DNA of 39,896 nt, taken from positions 1 through 39,896 of the forward strand of contig SOKM01000139.1 in NCBI GenBank assembly GCA_004375785.1, written 5' to 3'. The notes beneath the pieces are model-generated. The model had not been told where the DNA came from. It saw nothing but the letters and a program-made list of their open reading frames with translations, and searched no databases. Of the stretch, positions 23,641 through 31,265 are shown piece after piece. Made by a program: the position numbers and the translations under genes. The stretch's first letter is position 1. Every line of letters starts with the position of its first letter. The DNA comes from Candidatus Cloacimonadota bacterium (GTDB lineage: Bacteria > Hydrothermota > E44-bin80).

Positions 23641-25242
23641 TTATTCTATACAAAAAATCCTTTTATCCATACAGACAATATAAAGCCTTTCAAACGATGG
23701 CGTGAATACAGCAGAATAGGGATACATTCCGACATCTATGTTCCATTCCACACTGTAATCAAATGTATTGATAACCAGAACTTTATAATCTGACCCCACG
23801 AAGAGATGATCACCGTTATCTGTTATTGACATCCCTTTTGGATGACTCAAACCATAAGGTGAAATCTCATCCAAAAGAGTATGAGTGGATGTCTCTATTA
23901 TCCCAACTGAATTGTTATCAAGTTCAGAAACGTAAGCCATTTCATAACCTGGTGAGAATAGTAATTCCCACGGCCTCCCTGAAATAGAGATAGTTGCAAT
24001 AACTGTATTCCACTCTATATCTATTACAGAGATTAGATTTTGGGCATAGAGACAGACATAAACCTCCTTATGGACAGTATCAATGGCTAATGCTGTCGGA
24101 TCTCCAGAGAGAGGGATAGAATCTACGATACTGCTTGCTTGAAGGGAATAAATCAGAACATCCTGCTTTGAATTTCTCGCAATATATAGTTTTTCATTAT
24201 TTGAACGTACAATGCCCTGTGGGCATCCACCAACATCTATTGTTTCAATAATCTGATTTAAGAAAATATCATATATTGCAAATGAACTGCCCGTAGTAAA
24301 ATAGACCTGGTTGTTTTCAAAAACATCCAGAAAATATGAAGTTCCTGTAAAAAACCGGGTAGTCCTTTCGATACTATTTGTTTCTGTATTGAGCATTACA
24401 AGATCATGACCTCCTGAGTCTACCTGGACAAAGAAGAGCTTCGTTCCATCCTCTGTTATATCTGCCCTGAACGGTATCCTTGCTGTATAAATGGTATCTA
24501 TTATCACATAGGGGAATGACGGATGAAATCCTATGAAAACATTGAGAGTGTCCGAAAAGCCAATATTTGCACTGTAATCCTCTGCAGTAGCATAAACTTT
24601 ATAAATTTCGCCTTCTTGAAAATCCCTGACATCAAGTATGCAATAATACGGAAAATATTTGTCTGTTTCAATCAATGAATCGTTTATAAAAAAAGAGACC
24701 CTTTTTACACCAGTATTATCCGTTGCATTCACTGAAATATATTCAAACCCGTATAAGGTATCACCTTCAACAGGATCTATAACTCTCACAGAGGGTGCGA
24801 ATGAATCAACCTGTACCCCAATCCCAAAAAAAGTAAGTGTGGTATCCTTAATCCTGTTCCCACTTATATCCTCAATATCCCTTATATTTATTTCATAAAA
24901 GGTTGACTCCTGCGGTTCTGTTATAAGTATACAATTCATCTTCATTGGGTCAATGTTTACAAGATGAACATCGAGGGTTTCATAACTTGTAATTATGTAG
25001 TTCATTGTGTCAATTGCCTGTGAGTCATTTAAGGTTTCGTTAAATGATACAAGCAACTTTGTTGTATCCAACGAAACAATACTTTTTATATAAGGAGGAG
25101 ATGTATCAGGAGGAAGAGGTTTATCCTTTTTTGTACAAGCTGATAAAAGGATTATAATTATTAAAATTCTCATAAAGACCGAATAATATTTTACGGGTTC
25201 ACTTTTCAACATAACTAATCTCTGCAACTTTAAGAAGAACAT
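23641..25242 (-). CDS. Lipoprotein with two Ig-like domains and a YVTN-type beta-propeller
   Basis: 533-aa ORF. The likely true start is Met24 (ATG 25173-25171), giving MRILIIIILLSAC with lipobox LSAC. An SbsA/Big-like domain (PPYIKSIVSLDTTKLLVSFNETL...YEINIRDIEDISGNRI) is followed by a second Ig-like domain (APSVRVIDPVEGDTLYGFEYISVNATDNTGVKRVSFFIND). Repeats then follow of the 40-residue YVTN type (NEKLYIARNSKQDVLIYSL..., HKEVYVCLYAQNLISVIDIE..., YEMAYVSELDNNSVGIIE...). No T9SS sorting domain. Confidence 0.75.
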   Translation of the reverse strand: MFFLKLQRLVMLKSEPVKYYSVFMRILIIIILLSACTKKDKPLPPDTSPPYIKSIVSLDTTKLLVSFNETLNDSQAIDTMNYIITSYETLDVHLVNIDPMKMNCILITEPQESTFYEINIRDIEDISGNRIKDTTLTFFGIGVQVDSFAPSVRVIDPVEGDTLYGFEYISVNATDNTGVKRVSFFINDSLIETDKYFPYYCILDVRDFQEGEIYKVYATAEDYSANIGFSDTLNVFIGFHPSFPYVIIDTIYTARIPFRADITEDGTKLFFVQVDSGGHDLVMLNTETNSIERTTRFFTGTSYFLDVFENNQVYFTTGSSFAIYDIFLNQIIETIDVGGCPQGIVRSNNEKLYIARNSKQDVLIYSLQASSIVDSIPLSGDPTALAIDTVHKEVYVCLYAQNLISVIDIEWNTVIATISISGRPWELLFSPGYEMAYVSELDNNSVGIIETSTHTLLDEISPYGLSHPKGMSITDNGDHLFVGSDYKVLVINTFDYSVEWNIDVGMYPYSAVFTPSFERLYIVCMDKRIFCIE

Positions 25243-25265
25243 AGAAGATCAGTAAATTCTGAATA

Positions 25266-25294
25266 AATATAACAAGTCTACTATCCTTTGTCAA
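25266..25294 (-). promoter_or_regulatory. Sigma70 promoter for the Ig/YVTN lipoprotein gene
   Basis: Minus strand reads TTGACA (25294-25289), a 17-nt spacer ending TGT, then TATATT (25271-25266). Confidence 0.6.
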
Positions 25295-25387
25295 GGGAAA
25301 TCTTGAGCCATTTTCAATTCAGACTTAAGACAAGGGTTTATAGATTTTTGAGGAGGACACAATTTTCCTTGACCGAGCGTAAAACTC

Positions 25388-25420
25388 AAAAAAAAACAAG
25401 GGATGGACATTAGCCTTCCT
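25388..25420 (-). terminator. Probable intrinsic terminator of paralog C
   Basis: On the minus strand a short imperfect hairpin (GGAAGG-ctaatgt-CCATCC, one mismatch) is followed by CTTG and a run of 9 T (rc of 25388-25396). It starts about 18 bp after the stop at 25438. Confidence 0.4.
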
Positions 25421-25437
25421 TTTTGACGTCTGATATA

Positions 25438-27234
25438 TTATTGAATAAGAAGTAATTTTCTGGTTTTTATGTATGAACCTGCTCTCAAGGTATAAAGATA
25501 GACGCCATCTGGAACATCTTTACCATTCAAATCCTTTCCATCCCAGACCACAAAATATGAACCCGCACCAGGAACACCATTTGCAAGATTTTTGACTAAT
25601 CTTCCAGATATGTCATAGATGTCAAGCGACATGGAAGTGTTGTTCGGAACCGTAAAACTAATTGTTGTCTTTTCCCTTACAGGATTTGGATAATTCTGAT
25701 AGAGCATAAGCAAAGATAGATTGGAAATCTCTTTTATTCCTGTTATAAAGTTCAAGTTAGGCACACGGGAATAATAAACACCAGCAGGGGGAACTCCATT
25801 AGCCATCTGACACCAGGTAATTCCACAACCTTGTGTATTAAGAGAAGCTTTTCCTTCTTGGATATAGTATGTCGTATGTGCATAAATAGCGTTTCTTGAG
25901 TCTCCGTAGCTTAGACTACTCACCTTACCACCGTATCTAACTGTTCCGGCATATGGTGTAATTGCTGCATAGTATACATTGAAAGGAGGATATGCACCTG
26001 TATCTTGTGAAGCACTTTCTGGCTGTGTTGTGGAGAAATAGATCTTATTATCAATTCCTATACCTGCAGAAGGATAACCACTTTCATAATTGCATACTTC
26101 ATATCTTGGGAACATAATTTTAACAGGTGTATGCCAGCAATCACCAAGTTTATGGGTATACCATAGTGTCCCAGCAGGACCGCATACATTAAAGCCAAGC
26201 AACCCAACCTGGCCACCTCCAGTCCCCATATTTTCCTGGAAGATAATATGTGGAACACCGTTATAATCCACAACAATTGCAGGACAGCAAAGAGCATGAT
26301 CATTAGGTGGCGATTGACCAAGAGCAACCAGTTCATGGTTCCAGGTATTGGTTACTGCATCCCAATAGAGTGCTAAAATGTCCATACACATATTGTCATC
26401 GTAATCAAAATTGAATGCTACCCACATATCTTTATTAGGTGTTGTTGTATTGGAACGATTAGGATTTGATGCAATTGAAGGGAGAAGCCAGGAGCCAGGC
26501 ATCTCTGAACCGTGTTCGTATGCTATACCTTGACCAACCCATGTTTCACCGCCGTCAGTTGAATAGTTGTAACCAATTGCATGCTCAAAACCAACAATAA
26601 CCCCTACTGTGAAGACAATCATAATGAGACTATCATTATTTATTGCCATTGAAGGGAAATATTCCTCTTCCCCATTCGTTGCAGAAATCATAATTGCAGG
26701 TCTCTCTACATTGTATTGAATTATTCCTCCTGATGTATCAAGGAATGCTCTTGCATAGAAGACTTCATACCCATCAGGGGTGCCCCCTATCTGATGCCAG
26801 GCAAAATGGAGATTCCCTTTACTGTCTGCACATACATTTCCTCTTCCTGTATCACGTCCTTGATTTGATGTAAAACTATCAGGATAAGACCAGCATTTTA
26901 ACAAATCATCCCAGTAGGAAAAAAGGGATTGTTGTCCCCAATCAGTTTCTGTTTCCCAAATAACAACAGGAAAAGAGTAACTTCCAACTATTACATTGGT
27001 GATATGTTTTGCATTTACATAATTCTGGGGAGAAAGGTAAGAACCACCATACCAGACGGGTTCATAGACTAAACAGACGGTGTCTAATGGGGGCGGATTA
27101 TCTACTGGGTGAATACAGCTTTCCTCACCTAAAGTCGGAAGCATTGGGCCTTCCATGCGAAGAGGATAGTTTCCGAAAAGTAAACTTCTACTTAATAGAA
27201 AGATTATCAAAAATAATAAACCTGAAAATTTCAT
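25438..27234 (-). CDS. Secreted Asp-box/beta-propeller-like protein with T9SS C-terminal sorting domain (paralog C)
   Basis: 598 aa. Signal peptide MKFSGLLFLIIFLLSRSLLFG. Asp-box STDGGETW. Sorting domain ...LYQNYPNPVREKTTISFTVPNNTSMSLDIYDISGRLVKNL...VWDGKDLNGK...RKLLLIQ. GGAGG 5 nt upstream of the ATG. Confidence 0.85.
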   Translation of the reverse strand: MKFSGLLFLIIFLLSRSLLFGNYPLRMEGPMLPTLGEESCIHPVDNPPPLDTVCLVYEPVWYGGSYLSPQNYVNAKHITNVIVGSYSFPVVIWETETDWGQQSLFSYWDDLLKCWSYPDSFTSNQGRDTGRGNVCADSKGNLHFAWHQIGGTPDGYEVFYARAFLDTSGGIIQYNVERPAIMISATNGEEEYFPSMAINNDSLIMIVFTVGVIVGFEHAIGYNYSTDGGETWVGQGIAYEHGSEMPGSWLLPSIASNPNRSNTTTPNKDMWVAFNFDYDDNMCMDILALYWDAVTNTWNHELVALGQSPPNDHALCCPAIVVDYNGVPHIIFQENMGTGGGQVGLLGFNVCGPAGTLWYTHKLGDCWHTPVKIMFPRYEVCNYESGYPSAGIGIDNKIYFSTTQPESASQDTGAYPPFNVYYAAITPYAGTVRYGGKVSSLSYGDSRNAIYAHTTYYIQEGKASLNTQGCGITWCQMANGVPPAGVYYSRVPNLNFITGIKEISNLSLLMLYQNYPNPVREKTTISFTVPNNTSMSLDIYDISGRLVKNLANGVPGAGSYFVVWDGKDLNGKDVPDGVYLYTLRAGSYIKTRKLLLIQ

Positions 27235-27375
27235 CTTTACCTCCTTCTTTCTTAAACATAAAACATTTGCACATCAGACCAAAGACATAAAACTTTTTCA
27301 TCCATTTTCTTATTCTCTATCTTTAAGGTCTTAAGTCTGTTGTCTAATATCTGAGTCCTATTATACTTATTCATA

Positions 27376-27412
27376 AATCTGTGACTATCTTTCCAATCTG
27401 TGCAAATCTGTG
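27376..27412. promoter_or_regulatory. Three direct AATCTGTG repeats in the D-C intergenic gap
   Basis: AATCTGTG occurs at 27376-27383, 27395-27402 and 27405-27412 (CACAGATT on the coding strand). The repeats lie directly upstream of a TATAAT (rc of 27360-27365) that lacks a -35 hexamer. Confidence 0.4.
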
Positions 27413-27429
27413 TGCTTTCTTTAACAATT

Positions 27430-29073
27430 TTACTCCAGCAGAATGAGTTTTTTTGTTAACACCTTCTCCCCTACTTTCAAATTTACGAAATAGACCCCAC
27501 TTTTCACCCTAATCCCAGTATTATCTCTCCCATCCCAGGACACGGCAGTGCCAGGTAACGAGTGCCCAGTACCCAGTGAAAAGTCTTTCACTAACCTCCC
27601 GCTCAAATCGTAGATTTTCAGTTCTATGTTCTTTACCCTTTGCCCTTTGCCCTCTGCACTTTGCTCTATGCCCTCTGCACTATGCACAATGCTGGGGAGT
27701 GTTAGGGAAATATGGGTGGTAGTGGTGAATGGGTTGGGACAAATCTTAAGAGATGAATTACTAAATTTATCTCTTTCTTCTTCTACTCCAACATAAAGCG
27801 GTGGCATATGTCTGAAATATATACTTCTACTGCCTGAGTCCTCACACCAGCATATATCAGGACCTGGCGGGGTTACAGGCAATGGCACATAGTAAATAAT
27901 ATGTGGGTGATAACAATATGCAGAATCTGAGCTGACAAGCACTCTTTCAATATTATAGATATTAGAATCAGGAACAATCTTCGTATAATAGACGGGTCCG
28001 ATGCCGTATCTGTTTCTTTGTTTCAGGCTAACAGGTTGGGTAAAAGCAATGTAAATATCATTACTCTCAGCAATTCCTACAGAGGGCCATCCAATATAAC
28101 CATTAAGTTCTGGAGTTGTTGTTGGTTTTATAGTGTCCGGCTCTGTCCAATTCCCACTTATCCTTCTTGTAAAAAGTAAAGAACCATATGGATCTACAAT
28201 GAACCTATTTTTATATTCTGATATAGTAGAACTGAGAAAAACAATTCCTGGCACACCATTGTAGTTGACGGTTATACCAGCACATACAAAGTCCTGCGAA
28301 TTCACTCCATAAGCAGCAACCTCGTTTGACCAGGTTCCAGATGATTTGTCGTAGTGAAGTGCGACAATGTCAATAAGGCTGTCTAAATTTATGTCAAATG
28401 TGGATGCAACCCACAGGTCGCCTGTTAAAGGGTCAGGTGCTATACTGTTGAGTAAAAACCCTCCTGATATTGGACCGGCATATGCTGTCTCAGCTGCTGC
28501 AATGTTTGAAAAGATAGCACTCTCTTCACCAATGATTCCGTGATTCCATACAATGTAAACACTGTCATTGTAAAGACAGAGTGCTGGAAAAGCATCCTCT
28601 TCGCTATCAGTTGCAGACATCATAACAGGTGGTCTCTGTACACTGAATTGAATTAATCCTGCCGAAGTATCAAAGAAAGCAGTTGTATAAAATATTTCGG
28701 AACCATCAGGATTGCCTGTTTGTTGCCAGGCAAAATGGAGGTTTCCATGACTATCCGATGCAACATTACCCCTTCCTGTATTCATCCCCTGACTCATTGT
28801 AAAACTATCTGGAAAAGACCAATATTTGAACATATCGTCCCAGTAAGAGAAAAGTGATTGATAACCCCACAAGCCACCTGTCTCCCAAATTACAACAGGG
28901 AAGTAGTAACTACCCATAATTACATCTGTAATATGCTTTGCGTTGGGCCAGGCAAGCGGCTGGTCATAACCAATTCCTGTCCATACGCTTGATATAGAAT
29001 CGGGTGGAGAAAATGGTTGAGTAACTGAAATAATCGGGATAAAAACGATTAGAAAAATAATTAAGTATTTCAT
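27430..29073 (-). CDS. Secreted propeller-like protein with T9SS C-terminal sorting domain (paralog D, most divergent)
   Basis: The ORF track extends to 29169, but that extension translates a GC-rich hairpin. By alignment with paralog E (GGAGGTATTATG versus GGAGGTATGATG) the start is ATG 29073-29071 (MKYLIIFLIVFIPIISV), or 29076. The family blocks are shared (AKHITDVIMGSYYFPVVIWETG, SLFSYWDDMFKYWSFPDSFT, GNLHFAWQQTGNPDGSEIFYT) but there is no Asp-box. The sorting domain carries a heptamer-tract insertion. Confidence 0.8.
   Translation of the reverse strand: MKYLIIFLIVFIPIISVTQPFSPPDSISSVWTGIGYDQPLAWPNAKHITDVIMGSYYFPVVIWETGGLWGYQSLFSYWDDMFKYWSFPDSFTMSQGMNTGRGNVASDSHGNLHFAWQQTGNPDGSEIFYTTAFFDTSAGLIQFSVQRPPVMMSATDSEEDAFPALCLYNDSVYIVWNHGIIGEESAIFSNIAAAETAYAGPISGGFLLNSIAPDPLTGDLWVASTFDINLDSLIDIVALHYDKSSGTWSNEVAAYGVNSQDFVCAGITVNYNGVPGIVFLSSTISEYKNRFIVDPYGSLLFTRRISGNWTEPDTIKPTTTPELNGYIGWPSVGIAESNDIYIAFTQPVSLKQRNRYGIGPVYYTKIVPDSNIYNIERVLVSSDSAYCYHPHIIYYVPLPVTPPGPDICWCEDSGSRSIYFRHMPPLYVGVEEERDKFSNSSLKICPNPFTTTTHISLTLPSIVHSAEGIEQSAEGKGQRVKNIELKIYDLSGRLVKDFSLGTGHSLPGTAVSWDGRDNTGIRVKSGVYFVNLKVGEKVLTKKLILLE
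27631..27693 (-). repeat. Nine tandem 7-bp units (CTTTGCC-like) inside the sorting-domain coding sequence of paralog D
   Basis: Units are CTTTACC CTTTGCC CTTTGCC CTCTGCA CTTTGCT CTATGCC CTCTGCA CTATGCA CAATGCT. On the coding strand they are GGCAAAG-like and encode IVHSAEGIEQSAEGKGQRVK. Confidence 0.8.
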
Positions 29074-29133
29074 CATACCTCCTTGTTCTTTGGAGTACAA
29101 CAAGCCCTTTTGTTGCGTCCTTGTATAAGGCGA

Positions 29134-29150
29134 TGAGGCTCGAAGCCTCA
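29134..29150 (-). terminator. GC-rich hairpin between paralogs E and D (attenuator/REP-like)
   Basis: TGAGGCT-cga-AGCCTCA in the context AGGCGATGAGGCTCGAAGCCTCACCTGT. Same family as the hairpins at 18131-18170 and 21664-21690. 119 bp past the E stop and 58 bp before the D start. Confidence 0.4.
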
Positions 29151-29222
29151 CCTGTTGAAAAGGAAACAAATTTGCTTAACAAGGTACTTGTATAATTACG
29201 CATTTCATCTATTATGTTTTTC

Positions 29223-29256
29223 ATCTGTGTAATCTGTTCTTATAATCTGTGTAATC
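29223..29256. promoter_or_regulatory. Two perfect 12-bp direct repeats ATCTGTGTAATC, 22 bp apart
   Basis: Copies at 29223-29234 and 29245-29256, with a partial third copy AATCTGTT at 29231-29238. Same ATCTGTG core as the repeats at 27376-27412. Starts 13 bp past the stop of paralog E. Confidence 0.4.
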
Positions 29257-29268
29257 ACGTCATTCTTT

Positions 29269-30996
29269 TTACTCAAGCAGGATGAGTTTTTTTGTTAGCA
29301 TCTTCTCCCCTACTTTCAAGTTTACGAAATAGACCCCACTCCGCACTCTCCTGCCAGAGTCATCCCTCCCATCCCAGGACACAACAGTGACAAGTGACGA
29401 GTGCCCAGTGCCCAGTGAAAAGTCTTTCACTAATCTCCCACTCAGGTCATAGATCTTCAGTCCTATGTTCTTTACCCTTTGCCCTTTGCCCTCTGCCCTT
29501 TGCCCTATGCTGGGGAAAGACAGGGAGATATGGGTGGTATTGGTGAAAGGATTTGGGTAAGCTGTTAATTTTGGATTTAAAATTTCGAGTTTAGGATTTT
29601 CAGTCTGTTTAATACCCACTAATTGATGCATTTGTTTATAGTAAACATCTGCAGGTGGAACACATGATTCCATCTGACACCATGTGATACCAGGTCCGTC
29701 AGAGGAATCTGTAGGGATGTTATAAACTATATGAGGATAGATGGTATTCATTGAACTGCCCCAGGGAATCTCACTAACCTTCGTTCTTGGAACAGAGAAC
29801 ATTCCAAGTTCAGGGTTAATCTTCCAATAATAAACGTTAAATGGCCAATAAGCTCCTGTATCAGGAGAAGCGCTATCTGGCTGTGTGCAGGTTATGTATA
29901 TCTCATTTTCCTGGGTTATGCCTGCGGATGGAAAACCGGATAATGCATTAGTAGGTCCACTTTCTGGAAATCCAATTTCAACAGGTGAACTCCAACCCCC
30001 TGTTTCTCTTCTTGTAAAGACAAGAATACCACTTAGCCGCTCTGGAAACGGTGGTATACCTCCTCCTCCAGGATTATAAATTTTCAAGAAGACAATTGAA
30101 GGGTTTCCAAAAAAATCAACACATATTACTGGAAGTGAATATGCCCATTCAATAGAAGAAGAAACTAAAACTTCTTTTGTCCAGATGTTACCAATTGCAT
30201 CATAGTACAATGATACAACATCTATTTGATCATCACCAGAATCATCAAAGTTTAAGGCAACCCACATATCTCCTGTGTTGGGGTCGGGAGCAATGGAGGG
30301 CAGTATCCAATCACCCGTCATACTAGTTCCGTGCTCATATGCTATATCTCGACCAACCCAGCTGTTTCCACCATCAGTTGAATAGTTATAACCAACTGTA
30401 TGCTCTTCATAAATTGGTCCAACATTGAAGACAACCATAATGAGGGTGTCACCATATATAGCCATTGCAGGAAAGAGTTCCATTTCACCATTTGTTGCAG
30501 AAATCATAACAGCAGGTCTCTCTACATTATACTGTATTATCCCTGCAGATGTATCAAGGATAGCCCTTGAATAAAATATTTCGTAACCATCTGGAGAACC
30601 TGCCTGATGCCAGACAAAGTGCAGATTCCCTTTACTATCAACACAAACATTCCCCCTTCCAGTATCCTGACCATTGTTTGATGTAAAGCTGTCAGGATAA
30701 GACCAGAATTTGAACATATCATCCCAGTAAGAGAAAAGTGATTGATTGCTCCACGAACCTCCCGTCTCCCATATTACAACAGGGAAATAGTAACTCCCCA
30801 CTTTTACATTTGTGATATGTTTTGCATTGGGATAGTTCTGGGGAGAACTCTCATAACCTCCATAATCAATTCCAGAAAAAACCATACATAGGCTATCTGG
30901 GGGAGGCGGATTATCCATCCCCTGCGCTTCAATCCTCTCTCCTATAAAGAGAAGGATTAAGAATATGAAAATAAGAGAAAAATTTATTTTTTTCAT
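29269..30996 (-). CDS. Secreted Asp-box/beta-propeller-like protein with T9SS C-terminal sorting domain (paralog E)
   Basis: The ORF track starts at 31017, but GGAGG falls inside that extension (NNGG). The likely start is ATG 30996-30994 (MKKINFSLIFIFLILLFIG), 4 nt after GGAGG. Asp-box variant STDGGNSW. The sorting domain carries a heptamer-tract insertion (SIGQRAEGKGQRVKNIGLKIYDLSGRLV). Confidence 0.85.
   Translation of the reverse strand: MKKINFSLIFIFLILLFIGERIEAQGMDNPPPPDSLCMVFSGIDYGGYESSPQNYPNAKHITNVKVGSYYFPVVIWETGGSWSNQSLFSYWDDMFKFWSYPDSFTSNNGQDTGRGNVCVDSKGNLHFVWHQAGSPDGYEIFYSRAILDTSAGIIQYNVERPAVMISATNGEMELFPAMAIYGDTLIMVVFNVGPIYEEHTVGYNYSTDGGNSWVGRDIAYEHGTSMTGDWILPSIAPDPNTGDMWVALNFDDSGDDQIDVVSLYYDAIGNIWTKEVLVSSSIEWAYSLPVICVDFFGNPSIVFLKIYNPGGGGIPPFPERLSGILVFTRRETGGWSSPVEIGFPESGPTNALSGFPSAGITQENEIYITCTQPDSASPDTGAYWPFNVYYWKINPELGMFSVPRTKVSEIPWGSSMNTIYPHIVYNIPTDSSDGPGITWCQMESCVPPADVYYKQMHQLVGIKQTENPKLEILNPKLTAYPNPFTNTTHISLSFPSIGQRAEGKGQRVKNIGLKIYDLSGRLVKDFSLGTGHSSLVTVVSWDGRDDSGRRVRSGVYFVNLKVGEKMLTKKLILLE
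29470..29511 (-). repeat. Six tandem 7-bp units (CTTTGCC-like) inside the sorting-domain coding sequence of paralog E
   Basis: Units are CTTTACC CTTTGCC CTTTGCC CTCTGCC CTTTGCC CTATGCT, encoding GQRAEGKGQRVK. A second 7-bp-periodic tract GACAAGT GACGAGT GCCCAGT GCCCAGT lies at 29388-29415. Confidence 0.8.
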
Positions 30997-31037
30997 AATA
31001 CCTCCATTATTAAACATTAGTCATTCGCAGACTACTT

Positions 31038-31078
31038 TTAACATACCCTCCAGTTAAAAGTGATGAAGGGTATGTTAA
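31038..31078 (-). other. 12-bp perfect inverted repeat in the predicted 5' leader of paralog E
   Basis: TTAACATACCCT (31038-31049), 17 nt, then AGGGTATGTTAA (31067-31078). On the transcript it would begin about 7 nt after the predicted sigma54 start site and is not followed by a U-tract. Confidence 0.5.
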
Positions 31079-31095
31079 CATCTAAATAATAAATA

Positions 31096-31111
31096 AGCAA
31101 GAACTGTGCCA
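31096..31111 (-). promoter_or_regulatory. Sigma54 (-24/-12) promoter upstream of paralog E
   Basis: Minus strand 31111-31096 reads TGGCACAGTTCTTGCT, that is TGGCAC-N5-TTGCT. This matches the TGGCACG-N4-TTGCW consensus in 10 of its 11 fixed positions, with correct GG-N10-GC spacing. 100 nt upstream of the ATG at 30996. Confidence 0.7.
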
Positions 31112-31172
31112 TGATAATAAGTGCTTGTATTTATGGAGTTATGGTAAAAATAAGGGAAACTTTTATCGTTTA

Positions 31173-31195
31173 ATATGTATACAAAGTATACATAT
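31173..31195. promoter_or_regulatory. Candidate enhancer (UAS) palindrome 1
   Basis: ATATGTATAC-aaa-GTATACATAT with perfect 10-bp arms, about 75 bp upstream of the -24 element. Confidence 0.5.
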
Positions 31196-31242
31196 TTTGA
31201 ACTTCCTGCAAAACCTTACTACTATTGAATTTCTTTAAGGGG

Positions 31243-31265
31243 AAGTGTATACTTAATATACACTT
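31243..31265. promoter_or_regulatory. Candidate enhancer (UAS) palindrome 2
   Basis: AAGTGTATA-cttaa-TATACACTT with perfect 9-bp arms. Shares the TGTATA half-site with palindrome 1, centres about 70 bp apart. About 40 bp past the stop of the activator gene. Confidence 0.5.

Noticed and set aside
29074-29169. N-terminal extension of the paralog D ORF (MFPFQQVRLRASSPYTRTQQKGLLYSKEQGGM), and the similar 7-codon extension of paralog E (30997-31017).
   Set aside because: The D extension translates a GC-rich hairpin and contains the GGAGG that serves the internal ATG. The signal peptides begin at the internal Met in both genes, and the two paralogs align at GGAGGTAT(T/G)ATG.
19440-30996. Diversity-generating retroelement or cassette-type hypervariation as the source of paralog diversity.
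   Set aside because: There is no reverse transcriptase, no template/variable repeat pair with adenine-specific differences and no recombinase gene. Divergence is spread along the whole proteins rather than confined to a short variable region.
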